From Candidatus Coprenecus sp. (GTDB taxonomy: Bacteria > Bacteroidota > Bacteroidia > Bacteroidales > UBA932): 64,000 nucleotides of DNA. Position 1 is the first letter of the stretch, and each line of letters starts with the position of its first letter. The notes beneath the pieces are model-generated. The model saw only the letters and a list, made by a program, of their open reading frames with translations. It had not been told where the DNA came from and ran no database searches. The stretch is taken from assembly GCA_045595965.1 (NCBI GenBank), contig JAZOBN010000008.1, forward strand, positions 86,998-150,997, given 5' to 3'. This document shows, piece by piece, positions 9,388 through 20,578 of this stretch. Both the position numbers and the translations under genes were made by a program.

Positions 9388-10395
9388 CTAATTTCCAATT
9401 TTCATATCACCTTGCTTGATCCATCCTAATTTTGTCATACACAAATGTAAACCGAAACAAATCAAAGCAGGGGCAATAAAATGTAATAAAGCAATTTTTA
9501 TACCAAGGACGAGAGGATCTGCATCCGCTGACATATCTGCAAATGTCGCAATAGGCCCAACAAGGCCGGATGTACCCATACCTGCACCGAGAGCACTATT
9601 TGTCATCTTGCAAACGACAGTTGAGACAGGTCCCAGAATTGCCGCAGTGAGTGTCGGTGCCAGCCATATAAGGGGTTTGCGTACTATATTCCCTATCTGA
9701 AGCATTGATGTACCCAAACCCTGTGAAAGAAGTCCACCTATTCCGTTCTCCTTGAAACTGATTACGGCAAATCCCACCATCTGTGCACAACAACCTACTG
9801 TAGCTGCACCGGCTGCGAGTCCATCAATTCCTAACATAACACACAGGGCAACAGAACTGATAGGAAGAGTCAGGGCACATCCCACCAAGACAGAGACAAC
9901 GATTCCCATCAGGAACGGACTCAAATTGGTAGCCCTGTTGATAATTTCACCCAGATAGAGCATAAAATCGTTGATCGGTGAGCAACAGTATTTTGCAATC
10001 AGCCCCCCTACTACAATTGTAACCAATGGGGTTATAATTATATCAACAGGTGTCTTCTTTGAGACAAGTTCTCCTACCCGGGATCCGAAAATAACAGCCA
10101 CATATGCCCCGACAGGGCCGCCGAATTGATATCCGAGGGCACCTACTATAGCAGATGATATTGTAACAAGCGGAGCATATTTAAGTCCCAGGACAATTGC
10201 AAAGCCTATGCATGCCCCGACAAGTGGTGAATCTGCAGCCAACGCTTTGGCAATAAACTCCAGAAAACTCAAAAATTCAATCTTTGCGAGCTGTCCGACA
10301 ATCAGCCCCAGAATCAAAGAGCAGAAGAGCCCCAAAGCCATATAACTGAGGGCATCCACTACATATTTCTTAAAAACTCTCTTAACTGTCTCCAT
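9388..10395 (-). CDS. PTS EIIC-like (PTS_EIIC_2 family) integral membrane protein
   Basis: 335 aa, Gly/Ala-rich and polytopic. Resembles the stand-alone EIIC_2 family. No other PTS components are nearby. Confidence 0.6.
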   Translation of the reverse strand: METVKRVFKKYVVDALSYMALGLFCSLILGLIVGQLAKIEFLSFLEFIAKALAADSPLVGACIGFAIVLGLKYAPLVTISSAIVGALGYQFGGPVGAYVAVIFGSRVGELVSKKTPVDIIITPLVTIVVGGLIAKYCCSPINDFMLYLGEIINRATNLSPFLMGIVVSVLVGCALTLPISSVALCVMLGIDGLAAGAATVGCCAQMVGFAVISFKENGIGGLLSQGLGTSMLQIGNIVRKPLIWLAPTLTAAILGPVSTVVCKMTNSALGAGMGTSGLVGPIATFADMSADADPLVLGIKIALLHFIAPALICFGLHLCMTKLGWIKQGDMKIGN

Positions 10396-10424
10396 TGAGG
10401 TACAATTTTTTCACTACAAATTTA

Positions 10425-10432
10425 TAAATTTG
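10425..10432 (+). promoter_or_regulatory. -7 promoter box (TAAATTTG) for the patatin-ybaK pair
   Basis: Exact TAnnTTTG, 25 nt upstream of ATG 10457. Confidence 0.45.
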
Positions 10433-10456
10433 TGAAACAATTCTAATCAAATCATT

Positions 10457-11443
10457 ATGAAACCTGTAAGACAAGACGTTGCTCTGGTCCTTTCAAGTGG
10501 CGGACCACGTGGATTTGCATATATCGGAGCAATCGAAGAACTCGAAAGGAGAGGTTACAACATCACTTCAATAGCAAGTACATCAATGGGATCACTTATC
10601 GGTGGAATATATGCTGCCGGGAAACTGGATGAACTTAAAGATTGGCTTTATGACCTTAACTCCTGGAAAGTATTTGATCTGATGGATATCTCCATAAGCA
10701 AAAACCACATTGTCAAGGGGGACAAAATCATCAACTCATTGAAAGAGATTGTCCCTGATGTTGATATAAAAGATTTGAGAATACCATATAAAGCTATAGC
10801 CACTGACCTATATACCGGTGAGGAGATAGTCTATACAGATGGAAATTTGTTTGATGCCATCCGAGCATCCATCTCCATCCCCTCCCTTTTCCGCCCTGTA
10901 ACACAGGGATTGAGGACACTCATAGACGGAGGAATTGTCAACACCCTACCTCTTGACAAGGTTGACCGCAATGGAAAAGATATTCTGGTCGCTTTTGATG
11001 TCAACGACATAAATGTTCCCGAAATGCACCAGGCAATAGTCCAGAGATACAGGGATGAACAAGCCAGACTTGAACAAGACAAAGCGAGCAAAATCGAGAA
11101 AAAGCAACTTCTTGACTCCATAAAGAACAACGAGACCCTTACCTTCTCTAAAAAGATGAAACTGATAGGGACATACAGCAAGAAGGTGTTGTCAGATACA
11201 TTTTCAGGGGATGATGGTTCCGATTTCGAACTTGGTAACAACTACTACTCCCTTCTGGACAGAACATTCAGTCTGATGAACCACACCATCAGCGAACTCT
11301 CACTCAAATTGAACAAACCCGATATTATTGTCAGAATGCCTTTTGATGCGTACAACAGCATATCGGACTACGCCAAGGCAAAAGAGATTTCAAAAGCGGG
11401 AAAGGAACTGATGAAAGAGGCACTTGACCAATGGGAAAAATAG
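10457..11443 (+). CDS. Patatin-like phospholipase
   Basis: Oxyanion motif SSGGPRGFAYIG, nucleophile GXSXG (STSMGS) and catalytic Asp motif (IDGGIVN). Confidence 0.85.
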   Translation: MKPVRQDVALVLSSGGPRGFAYIGAIEELERRGYNITSIASTSMGSLIGGIYAAGKLDELKDWLYDLNSWKVFDLMDISISKNHIVKGDKIINSLKEIVPDVDIKDLRIPYKAIATDLYTGEEIVYTDGNLFDAIRASISIPSLFRPVTQGLRTLIDGGIVNTLPLDKVDRNGKDILVAFDVNDINVPEMHQAIVQRYRDEQARLEQDKASKIEKKQLLDSIKNNETLTFSKKMKLIGTYSKKVLSDTFSGDDGSDFELGNNYYSLLDRTFSLMNHTISELSLKLNKPDIIVRMPFDAYNSISDYAKAKEISKAGKELMKEALDQWEK

Positions 11444-11904
11444 AAAAGACCAATGCGGCACGACTTCTCGACAAAGCAGGGATAGGATATGAACTCATCC
11501 CATATACGGTCGACGAGAACAATCTCGCAGCAGAGCATGTTGCTGAAGAACTCGGAGAGAATATCGAACAAGTCTTCAAAACAATTGTCCTCAAAGGGGA
11601 CAAAAACGGTCTCTTTGTATGTGTAATACCTGGTAATTTTGAGGTAGATCTAAAAACTGCAGCAAAGATATCGGGGAACAAAAACTGTGATCTTATCCCG
11701 ATGAAGGAGCTACTTCCAAATACCGGTTACATACGGGGTGGGTGTACACCTATCGGGATGAAAAAGCCCTACCCTACTTTCATCCACGAAAGTGCTCTGC
11801 TTTATGAACACATCTATATCAGTGCAGGTATCAGAGGGTTACAAATCAAGATAGATCCTCATGAGTTGATAGACTTCATAGGGGCAGCTATCTACCCCAT
11901 ATAA
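11431..11904 (+). CDS. ybaK: Cys-tRNA(Pro)/Cys-tRNA(Cys) deacylase YbaK
   Basis: 157 aa. The N-terminus TNAARLLDKAGIGYELIPY and the GGCTPIG motif are typical of YbaK. It overlaps the patatin gene by 13 nt. Confidence 0.85.
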   Translation: MGKIEKTNAARLLDKAGIGYELIPYTVDENNLAAEHVAEELGENIEQVFKTIVLKGDKNGLFVCVIPGNFEVDLKTAAKISGNKNCDLIPMKELLPNTGYIRGGCTPIGMKKPYPTFIHESALLYEHIYISAGIRGLQIKIDPHELIDFIGAAIYPI

Positions 11905-11959
11905 CCCTCCACCAATATTTTTATCTTTTAATTATTTAGTTAACAATCATACAGCATAT

Positions 11960-12085
11960 ATGAATAAGAAGTTTGATATTTATGTATCCCCATTAGTGGA
12001 AATTATTGAGATTCAATGCGAAAAAGGCTTTGCCACCAGTGGGAACACAGATGGTTTTGGAGAAAGCGACGGTAAATGGAACTAA
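11960..12085 (+). CDS. Hypothetical 41-aa small ORF, unverified
   Basis: ATG 11960, TAA 12083-12085. Translation MNKKFDIYVSPLVEIIEIQCEKGFATSGNTDGFGESDGKWN. It fills most of an otherwise empty 198-bp gap. No homology check was possible. Confidence 0.25.
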   Translation: MNKKFDIYVSPLVEIIEIQCEKGFATSGNTDGFGESDGKWN

Positions 12086-12102
12086 TGAAGGAGGATCGTA
12101 CA

Positions 12103-13935
12103 ATGAGAAGAGATATAATTGTTTTTGCAGTGGTATTGATAATGTTCGCTGCATCTGGATGTGAAAAGAGTGAGAACAGCACCATTATTACCCCAAAAGG
12201 GGAGATAACATTATCTGCTGTGATAAACAATGATAACACCAAGACTATATTGGGTGAAAAAGATAGTGATAAGTATCCTACTCTATGGTGCGAAGGGGAT
12301 GCTATAGCAGTAATAAACAATGGCAGACTTTTCAAGTTTGTAGTTGATCCCGAAGATGCCGGCACTACAAGAGGAGAATTTTTTCTGAATGAAGAATCAC
12401 TCCCTGCAGGGTGTACTGTGGAAGATTTCAATCCTCAAATGGCTATTCAGGCTTTTTATCCTTACGACGGGGTAGTTTTTGACTCCAATAATCAAAAGGT
12501 CAGTTATACAGTTCCGGCAAGTCAGGTCTACACCGATAGAAGTTTTGGAAGTGGAGCATCTCCAATGTCTGCCTATGCTGAAAATGGGGAAGGTGTAATC
12601 TCTTTTGAGAACCTTTTCGGTGCCCTCAAACTTCAGTTGAAAGGGTCACAAAAAGTAAAGAGCATAGCTATTCAGGGAAAAAACAACGAGAAACTTTCAG
12701 GTTCAGCAACCATTGTAACATACTCGGATGGCACAGCCCCAGCTATCACCATGACATCAGATGAAAATGGAGCCAAATCGGTAATACTGGAGTGCAGCGA
12801 ATCAGGTATTCAGTTAAGTACATCATTGGCTACGGAGTTTATAATTGCCCTCCCCCCTGTAATTTTTTCAAACGGTTTCTCAGTGACAATTACTGATGTA
12901 TCTTCACAAACATACAATTTAACAGCAAAGGTTTCCAATACCGTGGTCAAATCGTCGGTTTTGACTATGTCGGAACTGACACTGATCAGTTCACTTACCC
13001 TCTCAAGAGAATCACTGACCATGCTCCCCGGCACATCATATACCCTCTCTACAAACGTAACATCTTCTGATGCAACGGGCCAGAATATTATCTGGAGTTC
13101 TTCCAATGATGCAGTGGCAAAAGTGGACGAGAATGGACATATCATCGCTGTAGCAGATGGTGATGCTACTATCACAGCCGCTTCAGCACTTTTAGGAATA
13201 AGTGATGAATGTTCAGTTAAAGTGAAATCCACTTCGTATGTGGCCAATATAAAATATGTTGAAGGGGGGAAAGATTATGGCTATGGCATTACCATAGGAG
13301 ATATAGTATGGGCTCCGGTAAACTGTGGATATGAGCCGAAGGATGGTGATTATAATGGATTCCCATATGGTAAACTATATCAATGGGGGAGAAAGTATGG
13401 TCAGGGGTATGATTGGAACGACGCTACCTTTCCATCTGATGGTGAGCTGATAGAAGGTCCCGTGTCACAAAGTACAGGGAATAGCGAGGAGAATGCAAAC
13501 AAATTCTATCTCTCTCTTGCTGATGAAGATAATGGAGACTGGTGCGAAACACAAAATGACAATATGTGGAGAGATGCACAAGGAGAAAAGACATCATACG
13601 ATCCATGTCCTGATGGATGGAGAGTGCCTACTTCAGATGAACTTTCAGTATTGTTCTCCAACAAATCCTCCTGGACATCTGATTCTAATGGACTTAAAGG
13701 ATATTACTTCACAGGAGAATATACTTACATGACAAATATTCCCAGAATATTTCTCCCTGCAGCCGGAAATCGCGAAGATACTGGCCACATCTACGGGAGA
13801 GGGTACTATGGGAATTACTGGGCATCTGATACTGATTATTATTACTCAGCGTATCTTTTCTTTGCCCAAAACGATATCCGTATGGACAATTATTCGCGTG
13901 CTTACGGTCACTCAGTCCGTTGCGTACAAGAATAG
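12103..13935 (+). CDS. Surface lipoprotein with a fimbrillin-like N-terminal region, a Big_2 Ig-like domain and a C-terminal FISUMP (Fibrobacter succinogenes major paralogous) domain
   Basis: I prefer start M10 of the listed ORF because it gives the lipoprotein signal MRRDIIVFAVVLIMFAASGC. The Big_2-like segment is IWSSSNDAVAKVDENGHIIAVADGDATITA. The C-terminal FISUMP hallmarks are GKLYQWGR, DPCPDGWRVPT, GYYWAS and GHSVRCV. Confidence 0.8.
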   Translation: MRRDIIVFAVVLIMFAASGCEKSENSTIITPKGEITLSAVINNDNTKTILGEKDSDKYPTLWCEGDAIAVINNGRLFKFVVDPEDAGTTRGEFFLNEESLPAGCTVEDFNPQMAIQAFYPYDGVVFDSNNQKVSYTVPASQVYTDRSFGSGASPMSAYAENGEGVISFENLFGALKLQLKGSQKVKSIAIQGKNNEKLSGSATIVTYSDGTAPAITMTSDENGAKSVILECSESGIQLSTSLATEFIIALPPVIFSNGFSVTITDVSSQTYNLTAKVSNTVVKSSVLTMSELTLISSLTLSRESLTMLPGTSYTLSTNVTSSDATGQNIIWSSSNDAVAKVDENGHIIAVADGDATITAASALLGISDECSVKVKSTSYVANIKYVEGGKDYGYGITIGDIVWAPVNCGYEPKDGDYNGFPYGKLYQWGRKYGQGYDWNDATFPSDGELIEGPVSQSTGNSEENANKFYLSLADEDNGDWCETQNDNMWRDAQGEKTSYDPCPDGWRVPTSDELSVLFSNKSSWTSDSNGLKGYYFTGEYTYMTNIPRIFLPAAGNREDTGHIYGRGYYGNYWASDTDYYYSAYLFFAQNDIRMDNYSRAYGHSVRCVQE

Positions 13936-13969
13936 TTGTTGCCAGAGTCCGTCAGTTAGATATATCGGA

Positions 13970-15634
13970 CTACAGCATTATCAGCAACAGCAGTTGTGCA
14001 GTCAGAATCCTTAAGAACATCGAGAGTGGGTATACAGTAGAATAACTCACTGCCGGAACGTTGATATTACTTGACAAGGAATTAGAATATGCAAGGGCAG
14101 AAGGGTTCGTATTGCTGCCGGCTATAATTCCAGCTATAGTGAAGTAATCAAGTTTCAGAAGATACTTGGCAATAAGTCCTATAACTAAGATTGGCACCAT
14201 TGTTATCAAAAGACCATAGAGGACATACCAAAGTCCGTCACCATTTACAAGTGAATCAATAAATCCACCTCCCGCTTCTATCCCCACACTAGCAAGGAAG
14301 AGGGCAATCCCCACCTCTCTTAACATAAGATTTGCACTCTGTGTGGTATAAGTCACAAGACCAAACTTGTATCCGAAGCTCCCTACAAGTATTGCGATGA
14401 TAAGTGGTCCACCTGCCAAGCCGAGTTTAAGAGGGGTTGGCATCCCTGGGAAGGCAATTGGAATACTTCCAAATACAATACCTAAAGCAATACCCAGAAA
14501 GATAGTGGTAAGATGTGGTGAATCGAGATTCTTAAGTTCGTTGCCAAGATACTCTCCCACCTTTTCAACATCTTCCTGCTGACCGACAACCACAATTCTG
14601 TCACCCACCATCAATCTCAGATGGGGATCGGCAAAGAATTGGAGACCGGAACGGTGAACACGGGTTACATTGACACCATATATTTTTCTAAGATTCAGGC
14701 TGCCCAGGGTTTTTCCGTTAATCTCCGATTTGGTAACGAGGATCCTCTTCGAAACCATTGGAGACTCCTGTTTCTCCCAATCGATATGCACCTCTTTCCC
14801 GATAAAAGCAGTAACTGCCTCCTTATCCTCGTCAGAACACACAACATACATTATATCCCCCAATTTAAGCACTGTATCCTTCACAGGTATGCTTACGTGC
14901 CCCTGGTGACTTATTCTGGAGCAGACAAAAGATCTACCCAAAAGGGTCTGTACCTCAGGGAGTTGTTTTCCTGCTATCGATTCATTTGCCACTTGCAGAT
15001 AGATAATCTTGGGGGCATTTTTCGCTTCAGAAGCCTTTGCGATAATCTCCGCCTCCTCTTTCTTGAGGTTCACCTTTCCTAGATACCTTACCAGGACAAT
15101 AGATACGATAATACCGACGACACCCAACGGATATGCGCATGCGTATGCCAATGCAATGGAATCTCCAGTATAATTCATCTGGGTCAATGTCTCATTTGCT
15201 GCACCAAGACCGGGTGTATTGGTCACCGCTCCGCAAAGCATACCCACAATCATAGGGAAATCTATCCCTCCATCAATATAATAGATGCCGAAAGCGACCA
15301 GAATATTCAAAGCAACAAGTCCTATAGCAAGGCTGTTCAATTTTACCCCACCCTGTTTCATTGATGAAAAGAATGATGGGCCCACCTGGAGTCCGATACA
15401 GAAAACAAAGAGGATAAGTCCGAACTCTTTTACAAATTTAAGGACAGCAGGATTGCATCCGAAGCCGAAATGTCCCATCAGCAAACCCACAAAAAGGACA
15501 AATGTAACCCCGAATGAAACACCTAAAATCTTGAATTTACCCAACATGACACCCGCCGCAATTACGAAGGCATATAACAGCACAATATGAGCGACAGATG
15601 AAGAATCCCATAAAAGTGTATTTATCCACTCCAT
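13970..15634 (-). CDS. YidE/YbjL-family putative transporter (duplicated AspT/YidE/YbjL antiporter domains flanking two RCK_C/TrkA_C domains)
   Basis: 554 aa. Membrane domains sit at both ends. The central soluble repeats are each about 80 aa (GKQLPEV...[10 protein letters not shown] and GKTLGSL...[12 protein letters not shown]). Confidence 0.75.
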   Translation of the reverse strand: MEWINTLLWDSSSVAHIVLLYAFVIAAGVMLGKFKILGVSFGVTFVLFVGLLMGHFGFGCNPAVLKFVKEFGLILFVFCIGLQVGPSFFSSMKQGGVKLNSLAIGLVALNILVAFGIYYIDGGIDFPMIVGMLCGAVTNTPGLGAANETLTQMNYTGDSIALAYACAYPLGVVGIIVSIVLVRYLGKVNLKKEEAEIIAKASEAKNAPKIIYLQVANESIAGKQLPEVQTLLGRSFVCSRISHQGHVSIPVKDTVLKLGDIMYVVCSDEDKEAVTAFIGKEVHIDWEKQESPMVSKRILVTKSEINGKTLGSLNLRKIYGVNVTRVHRSGLQFFADPHLRLMVGDRIVVVGQQEDVEKVGEYLGNELKNLDSPHLTTIFLGIALGIVFGSIPIAFPGMPTPLKLGLAGGPLIIAILVGSFGYKFGLVTYTTQSANLMLREVGIALFLASVGIEAGGGFIDSLVNGDGLWYVLYGLLITMVPILVIGLIAKYLLKLDYFTIAGIIAGSNTNPSALAYSNSLSSNINVPAVSYSTVYPLSMFLRILTAQLLLLIML

Positions 15635-15663
15635 ACTACATCAAAACTTAAATTTTCGGGGGG

Positions 15664-15671
15664 CAAAAATA
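15664..15671 (-). promoter_or_regulatory. -7 promoter box (TATTTTTG) for the YidE/YbjL-family gene
   Basis: Exact TAnnTTTG on the minus strand, 30 nt upstream of ATG 15634. Confidence 0.4.
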
Positions 15672-15681
15672 GGCATTTATA

Positions 15682-18288
15682 TCAATCCCTCTTACAAATT
15701 CTGACAAAAAATTTCACTACTTCACTTATGACAAATGGGGCAAAAGATAGTCCTATTACATACCACCATTGAGTTCCATCAAGGGAAGTAACTGAGAACA
15801 AGCCTTGTAAAGCCGGGATAAGCAATACCGCCAACATAAGTCCTGTCACCAACAGGACAGCACCTATAAGAAGTTTATTGGTAAAGAGCTGTCCCAATCC
15901 GCTATGCATCCCGGAACGGATACTGAATATGATTGTCAACTGGGAAAATGCAAGTGTTGCAAAGGTCATTGTCCTTGCCGCCTCCAAAGAGGTCTGCAAC
16001 CCTATATGATATGCAAGCAGTGTAAGTGCTGCAACCATGGCACCCTGAAGCAGAACTCTGAATGAGAAGCCTCTGGTCATGATTCCCTCCTTTGGATCTA
16101 CAGGTTTTCTCCTCATAACATCCTTTTGTGCAGGATCTACACTCAATGCAAGAGCTGGCAGGCTGTCTGTTACAAGATTTATCCAAAGGATGTGGATAGG
16201 GAGCAATGGGGTCACCATATTACAAATTACAGCTATAAAAAGGACAAGAATTTCTCCAAGGTTTGTTGACAACATGAATTGGATTGACTTCATCAGATTG
16301 TCATATATCCTTCTCCCCTCTGACACAGAAGAGACTATTGTTGCAAAATTATCATCCGTCAAGACCACATCTGCCGCCTCTTTGCTCACATCTGTACCTG
16401 TAATTCCCATGGCCACACCTATATCTGCCAATTTCAAAGCAGGGGCATCGTTAACGCCATCCCCGGTCATTGCAACCACATTTCCGAGAGACTGATAAGC
16501 CTTTACTATTCTCACCTTATGTTCGGGTGCTACCCTCGCAAACACAGATACTTTGCCGGCAATCTTAACAAGTTCCTCATCATCCATACCCTCTACATCT
16601 GCCCCGGTGAGGACATTATCCCCCTCTTCAAGGATCCCCAAAGCAGAAGCTATTGCAGAAGCGGTTATCTTGTGGTCTCCAGTAATCATTACGGGCCTGA
16701 TCCCCGCCATCCGGCACTGTGCCACTGCATCCTTAACCTCTTCACGGGGTGGATCAATCATCCCGACCATCCCTGCAAACACTATGTTTTTTTCGACTGC
16801 ATCATGGGTCAGTTCATCCGGCATCTGGGAAACACACTTATACCCCATGGCAAGTACTCTCAATGCTGAAGAGGCCATATCAAGGTTCTCATTTTTGAGT
16901 CTCTGAATATCTTCCGTAGTAATTTCCCTTACATCTTCCCCATCAACTATTCTGTCACAACATGCAAGAAGTTCATCCAAACCACCTTTGATGGCAACAA
17001 AAAAACCTTTTCCACTCTGAAGAGGGTGTATGGTAGTCATCAGTTTTCTATCCGAATCGAAGGGGATCTCGGCTACTCTCGGTGATGTTTTTTCCAGTTC
17101 ATCTTTCAATATCCCCACTTTCGCCCCCATATCCAGCAAAGCTGTCTCCGTAGGATCCCCTACACTTACAAAGCCACTCCCGGATTGGGATATTTTTGCA
17201 TCATTTGCCAGTACAGCAATCTTGATAAGCAATTCACTCTCCTTGAATATCTTAGTCACTGTCATCTTGTTCTGGGTCAACGTACCAGTCTTGTCTGAAC
17301 AGATTACAGTAGTGCTGCCGAGTGTCTCAACTGATGGAAGATTTCTGACTATCGCATTTCTCTTTGCCAGACGCTGTACACCTATTGCCAGCACAATGGT
17401 GGAGACAGCGGGTAGCCCCTCAGGGATTGCGGCCGCTGCAAGACTTACAGCTGTCATGAACATCGAAAGGAGATCATTGCCGTAAATTATACCAATAACA
17501 AATATCAGAGCGCAGGCCACAAGAGCGGCGATTGCGAGTACCTTTCCCAGGTTGTCAAGACGTTTCTGCATAGGAGTTTTTACCTCTTTAACAGACTGGA
17601 TCATAGAAGCTATCTTCCCCACTTCAGACCTCTCACCTGTCGCCACAACAATCCCTTTTCCCCTGCCATATGTAACATTGCAAGAAGAGAAGGCCATATT
17701 TACCCTATCCCCGATACCCACCTCGTTCTCAATGGTTTGGGTTGATTTTTCCACTGGCAATGACTCACCTGTCAAAGCCGCCTCCTGAATCTTGAGATTG
17801 ACAGACTCACACAAACGCAAATCTGCCGGTACACTGTCACCGGTCTCAATTACCACCACATCCCCGACAACAAGCTCCCTCGACTCAATAACTACTACCT
17901 TCCCATCTCTCAACACCTTGCAATGGGGAGCCGACATCTTTTCCAGAGCATCAAGAGATTTTTCTGCTTTGGACTCCTGCAACATTCCGATAATAGCATT
18001 CACAACAACAATAGAGAGGATGATGATCGCATCTGTAATACCCTCCCCTTCGATATATCCGACGACACCGGAGATTATGGCTGCAACAACAAGAACAATG
18101 ATCATAAAACTCTTGAACTGGCTCAAGAATTTCATGATCATTGATGTATGTTTAACCTTTTTGAATTCGTTATAACCGTCGCGTTCCAGTCTTTTGGAAA
18201 CCTCCTGGTCAGAAAGACCCACCAAAGGGTCAACAGATAGATTTTTGCACAATTCTTCGACACTCAGCCGATAGTTTTCACGTATCAT
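15682..18288 (-). CDS. Cation-transporting P-type ATPase, P2 (Ca2+-ATPase-like)
   Basis: Motifs CSDKTGTLT (phosphorylation), TGES, MITGDH and TGDGVNDAPALK, with about 10 TM helices. I prefer ATG 18288 (MIRENYRLSVEEL...) over the upstream 18324. Confidence 0.85.
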   Translation of the reverse strand: MIRENYRLSVEELCKNLSVDPLVGLSDQEVSKRLERDGYNEFKKVKHTSMIMKFLSQFKSFMIIVLVVAAIISGVVGYIEGEGITDAIIILSIVVVNAIIGMLQESKAEKSLDALEKMSAPHCKVLRDGKVVVIESRELVVGDVVVIETGDSVPADLRLCESVNLKIQEAALTGESLPVEKSTQTIENEVGIGDRVNMAFSSCNVTYGRGKGIVVATGERSEVGKIASMIQSVKEVKTPMQKRLDNLGKVLAIAALVACALIFVIGIIYGNDLLSMFMTAVSLAAAAIPEGLPAVSTIVLAIGVQRLAKRNAIVRNLPSVETLGSTTVICSDKTGTLTQNKMTVTKIFKESELLIKIAVLANDAKISQSGSGFVSVGDPTETALLDMGAKVGILKDELEKTSPRVAEIPFDSDRKLMTTIHPLQSGKGFFVAIKGGLDELLACCDRIVDGEDVREITTEDIQRLKNENLDMASSALRVLAMGYKCVSQMPDELTHDAVEKNIVFAGMVGMIDPPREEVKDAVAQCRMAGIRPVMITGDHKITASAIASALGILEEGDNVLTGADVEGMDDEELVKIAGKVSVFARVAPEHKVRIVKAYQSLGNVVAMTGDGVNDAPALKLADIGVAMGITGTDVSKEAADVVLTDDNFATIVSSVSEGRRIYDNLMKSIQFMLSTNLGEILVLFIAVICNMVTPLLPIHILWINLVTDSLPALALSVDPAQKDVMRRKPVDPKEGIMTRGFSFRVLLQGAMVAALTLLAYHIGLQTSLEAARTMTFATLAFSQLTIIFSIRSGMHSGLGQLFTNKLLIGAVLLVTGLMLAVLLIPALQGLFSVTSLDGTQWWYVIGLSFAPFVISEVVKFFVRICKRD

Positions 18289-18327
18289 ATAAAAATTAAA
18301 AATTATCGGGATGATACGCTGCAATTA

Positions 18328-20460
18328 TTATGCCTTTATCACTATCTCTCCATCATGAATACCGACAGAAACCGAGCTCTCCTTGGTTATATCCCCGTTA
18401 AGGATTGAAGTGGCCAGAAGGTTTACAAGTTCTCTCTGAAGAATCCTTTTGATCGGCCTTGCTCCATAAGCAGGATCAAACCCTTTCTCTGCAAGATAAT
18501 TGACAAATTCACTGGTAAAAGTGATCTCTATTCCATTCTCTTTCATCTTCTCTTTAACATCCTTCAACTGAATATTGAGAATTCCGAGAATTGCCTCTTT
18601 TGAGAGTGGTTCAAACATGATTATCTCATCAATTCTGTTAAAGAATTCCGGTCTGACACTCGACTTCAGCAGTGTGATGACATCTCTCCTGCAATCTTCC
18701 ATAAGTTTCTCTTTGTCACCACCCTCAAGTTTATTCATATAAAGTTGGATAACGTCTGACCCTATGTTTGAAGTCATAATCAGGATTGTATTCTTGAAAT
18801 CAACAGTTCTCCCTTTATTGTCGGTCAATCTTCCGTCATCCAGTACCTGAAGGAGAATATTGAACACATCGGGGTGTGCCTTCTCTATCTCATCCAGCAA
18901 AACTACAGAATATGGTTTTCTTCTGACCGCTTCTGTCAACTGTCCCCCCTCATCATACCCAACATATCCCGGAGGAGCCCCCACAAGACGGGAGACTGAG
19001 TGTCTCTCTTGATATTCACTCATATCAATACGGGTTATCATATTCTCATCATTGAAGAGGGCCTCAGCAAGTGCTTTTGCCAACTCTGTCTTTCCTACAC
19101 CAGTTGTTCCCAGGAACATGAATGAACCTATAGGGCGTTTCTCATTCTGAAGCCCGGCACGACTCCTTCTGACGGCATCTGAAACCGCCCTCACAGCCTC
19201 ATCCTGCCCCACTACCCTATTGTGAAGCAATTGCTCCATATTTAGCAGTTTCTTCTTTTCACTCTCAAGCATTCTATTGACAGGAATTCCTGTCCATCTC
19301 GAAACAATTTCTGCTATATCTTCTGCCTGTACAGCCTCATTTATAAGTGGATCAGGGTTTGAATCCCTCTTTCTGGTAAGGTCATCTATCTCACTCTGCA
19401 GTTGGGCCATCTTACCATATCTTATTTCGGCCACCTTACCATAATCGCCCCTTCTCTCAGCATCAGAAGCAAGGTATTTGAAATGTTCCATATCCTCTCT
19501 CTTCCTTTGCAGATCGCCAAGGAGACTCTTCTCCTGTTGCCATTTGTCGTTAAACGTCTTGTACTCTCTTTCCAGCTCCTTCAACTGAGACTGGATCTCA
19601 TCAAGTTTGGGAGATTTTCCCTCCCGTTTGATCGCCTCACGTTCTATCTCAAGCTGACGTATCTTTCTGGAGAGTTCATCTATTGATTCGGGAACCGAAT
19701 TTATCTCAAGACGGAGCTTTGACGCTGCCTCATCGATCAAGTCTATCGCTTTATCCGGTAGAAAACGGTTGGTAATATATCTGTGGGACAACTCCACTGC
19801 CGCAATGATTGCATCATCTTCAATATGTACCTTGTGGTGATTCTCATATTTCTCCTTCAACCCACGGAGGATTGAAATTGATTCAGCAGGATTGGGTTCA
19901 TCTACAAGCACCATCTGGAAACGTCTCTCCAACGCCTTGTCCTCCTCGAAATATTTGCGGTATTCATCCAGTGTAGTAGAACCGATAGCCCTCAGTTCAC
20001 CTCTGGCCAGAGCAGGTTTCAGGATATTTGCTGCATCCATTGCACCCGACGAGCGTCCTGCACCCACCAAAGTATGAATCTCATCGATGAAGAGGATTAT
20101 CTCCCCTTCACTCTCTATAACCGCTTTCACAACCCCCTTCAACCTCTCTTCAAATTCACCTTGATATTTTGCACCAGCTATCAAAGCACCCATATCCAGG
20201 GAGTATATCTCCTTGCTCTTCAAATTCTCAGGAACATCCTGATTTATAATACGCTGTGCTATACCTTCAGATATAGCAGTCTTTCCTACACCCGGCTCAC
20301 CCACAAGGATGGGATTGTTCTTTGTCCTTCTGCTCAAAATCTGGAGGACTCGTCTGATCTCCTCATCCCTCCCGATTACCGGATCCAGTTTTCCCTCTTT
20401 TGCCTTGTCATTGAGATTGACGGCAAATCTTCCTAAAATTTCTTTGTTTTCCTGTTTCAT
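18328..20460 (-). CDS. clpB: ClpB-type AAA+ disaggregase lacking the N-terminal domain
   Basis: Two Walker A motifs ([23 protein letters not shown]) and a long coiled-coil middle domain. The protein begins directly at the NBD1 linker ([21 protein letters not shown]). The listed start 20505 is TTG. The first ATG is 20460 ([12 protein letters not shown]). Confidence 0.85.
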   Translation of the reverse strand: MKQENKEILGRFAVNLNDKAKEGKLDPVIGRDEEIRRVLQILSRRTKNNPILVGEPGVGKTAISEGIAQRIINQDVPENLKSKEIYSLDMGALIAGAKYQGEFEERLKGVVKAVIESEGEIILFIDEIHTLVGAGRSSGAMDAANILKPALARGELRAIGSTTLDEYRKYFEEDKALERRFQMVLVDEPNPAESISILRGLKEKYENHHKVHIEDDAIIAAVELSHRYITNRFLPDKAIDLIDEAASKLRLEINSVPESIDELSRKIRQLEIEREAIKREGKSPKLDEIQSQLKELEREYKTFNDKWQQEKSLLGDLQRKREDMEHFKYLASDAERRGDYGKVAEIRYGKMAQLQSEIDDLTRKRDSNPDPLINEAVQAEDIAEIVSRWTGIPVNRMLESEKKKLLNMEQLLHNRVVGQDEAVRAVSDAVRRSRAGLQNEKRPIGSFMFLGTTGVGKTELAKALAEALFNDENMITRIDMSEYQERHSVSRLVGAPPGYVGYDEGGQLTEAVRRKPYSVVLLDEIEKAHPDVFNILLQVLDDGRLTDNKGRTVDFKNTILIMTSNIGSDVIQLYMNKLEGGDKEKLMEDCRRDVITLLKSSVRPEFFNRIDEIIMFEPLSKEAILGILNIQLKDVKEKMKENGIEITFTSEFVNYLAEKGFDPAYGARPIKRILQRELVNLLATSILNGDITKESSVSVGIHDGEIVIKA

Positions 20461-20570
20461 AATATAAATTTCCTCCGGAGTCCATATTCTCAAATTTTTT
20501 GCCAATTAAATTTATGTCATTATGGCAGATAATAAGGGCTAAAATTATTTGAATAATGGATTCAGATTAC

Positions 20571-20578
20571 TATTTTTG
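20571..20578 (+). promoter_or_regulatory. -7 promoter box (TATTTTTG) for the peptidase cluster
   Basis: Exact TAnnTTTG, 34 nt upstream of ATG 20612. Confidence 0.45.

Noticed and set aside
18328-20505. The N-domain-less Hsp100 might be a T6SS ClpV (TssH)
   Set aside because: It has a full-length ClpB-type coiled-coil middle domain. No T6SS genes (TssB/C, Hcp, VgrG and so on) are anywhere in the window.
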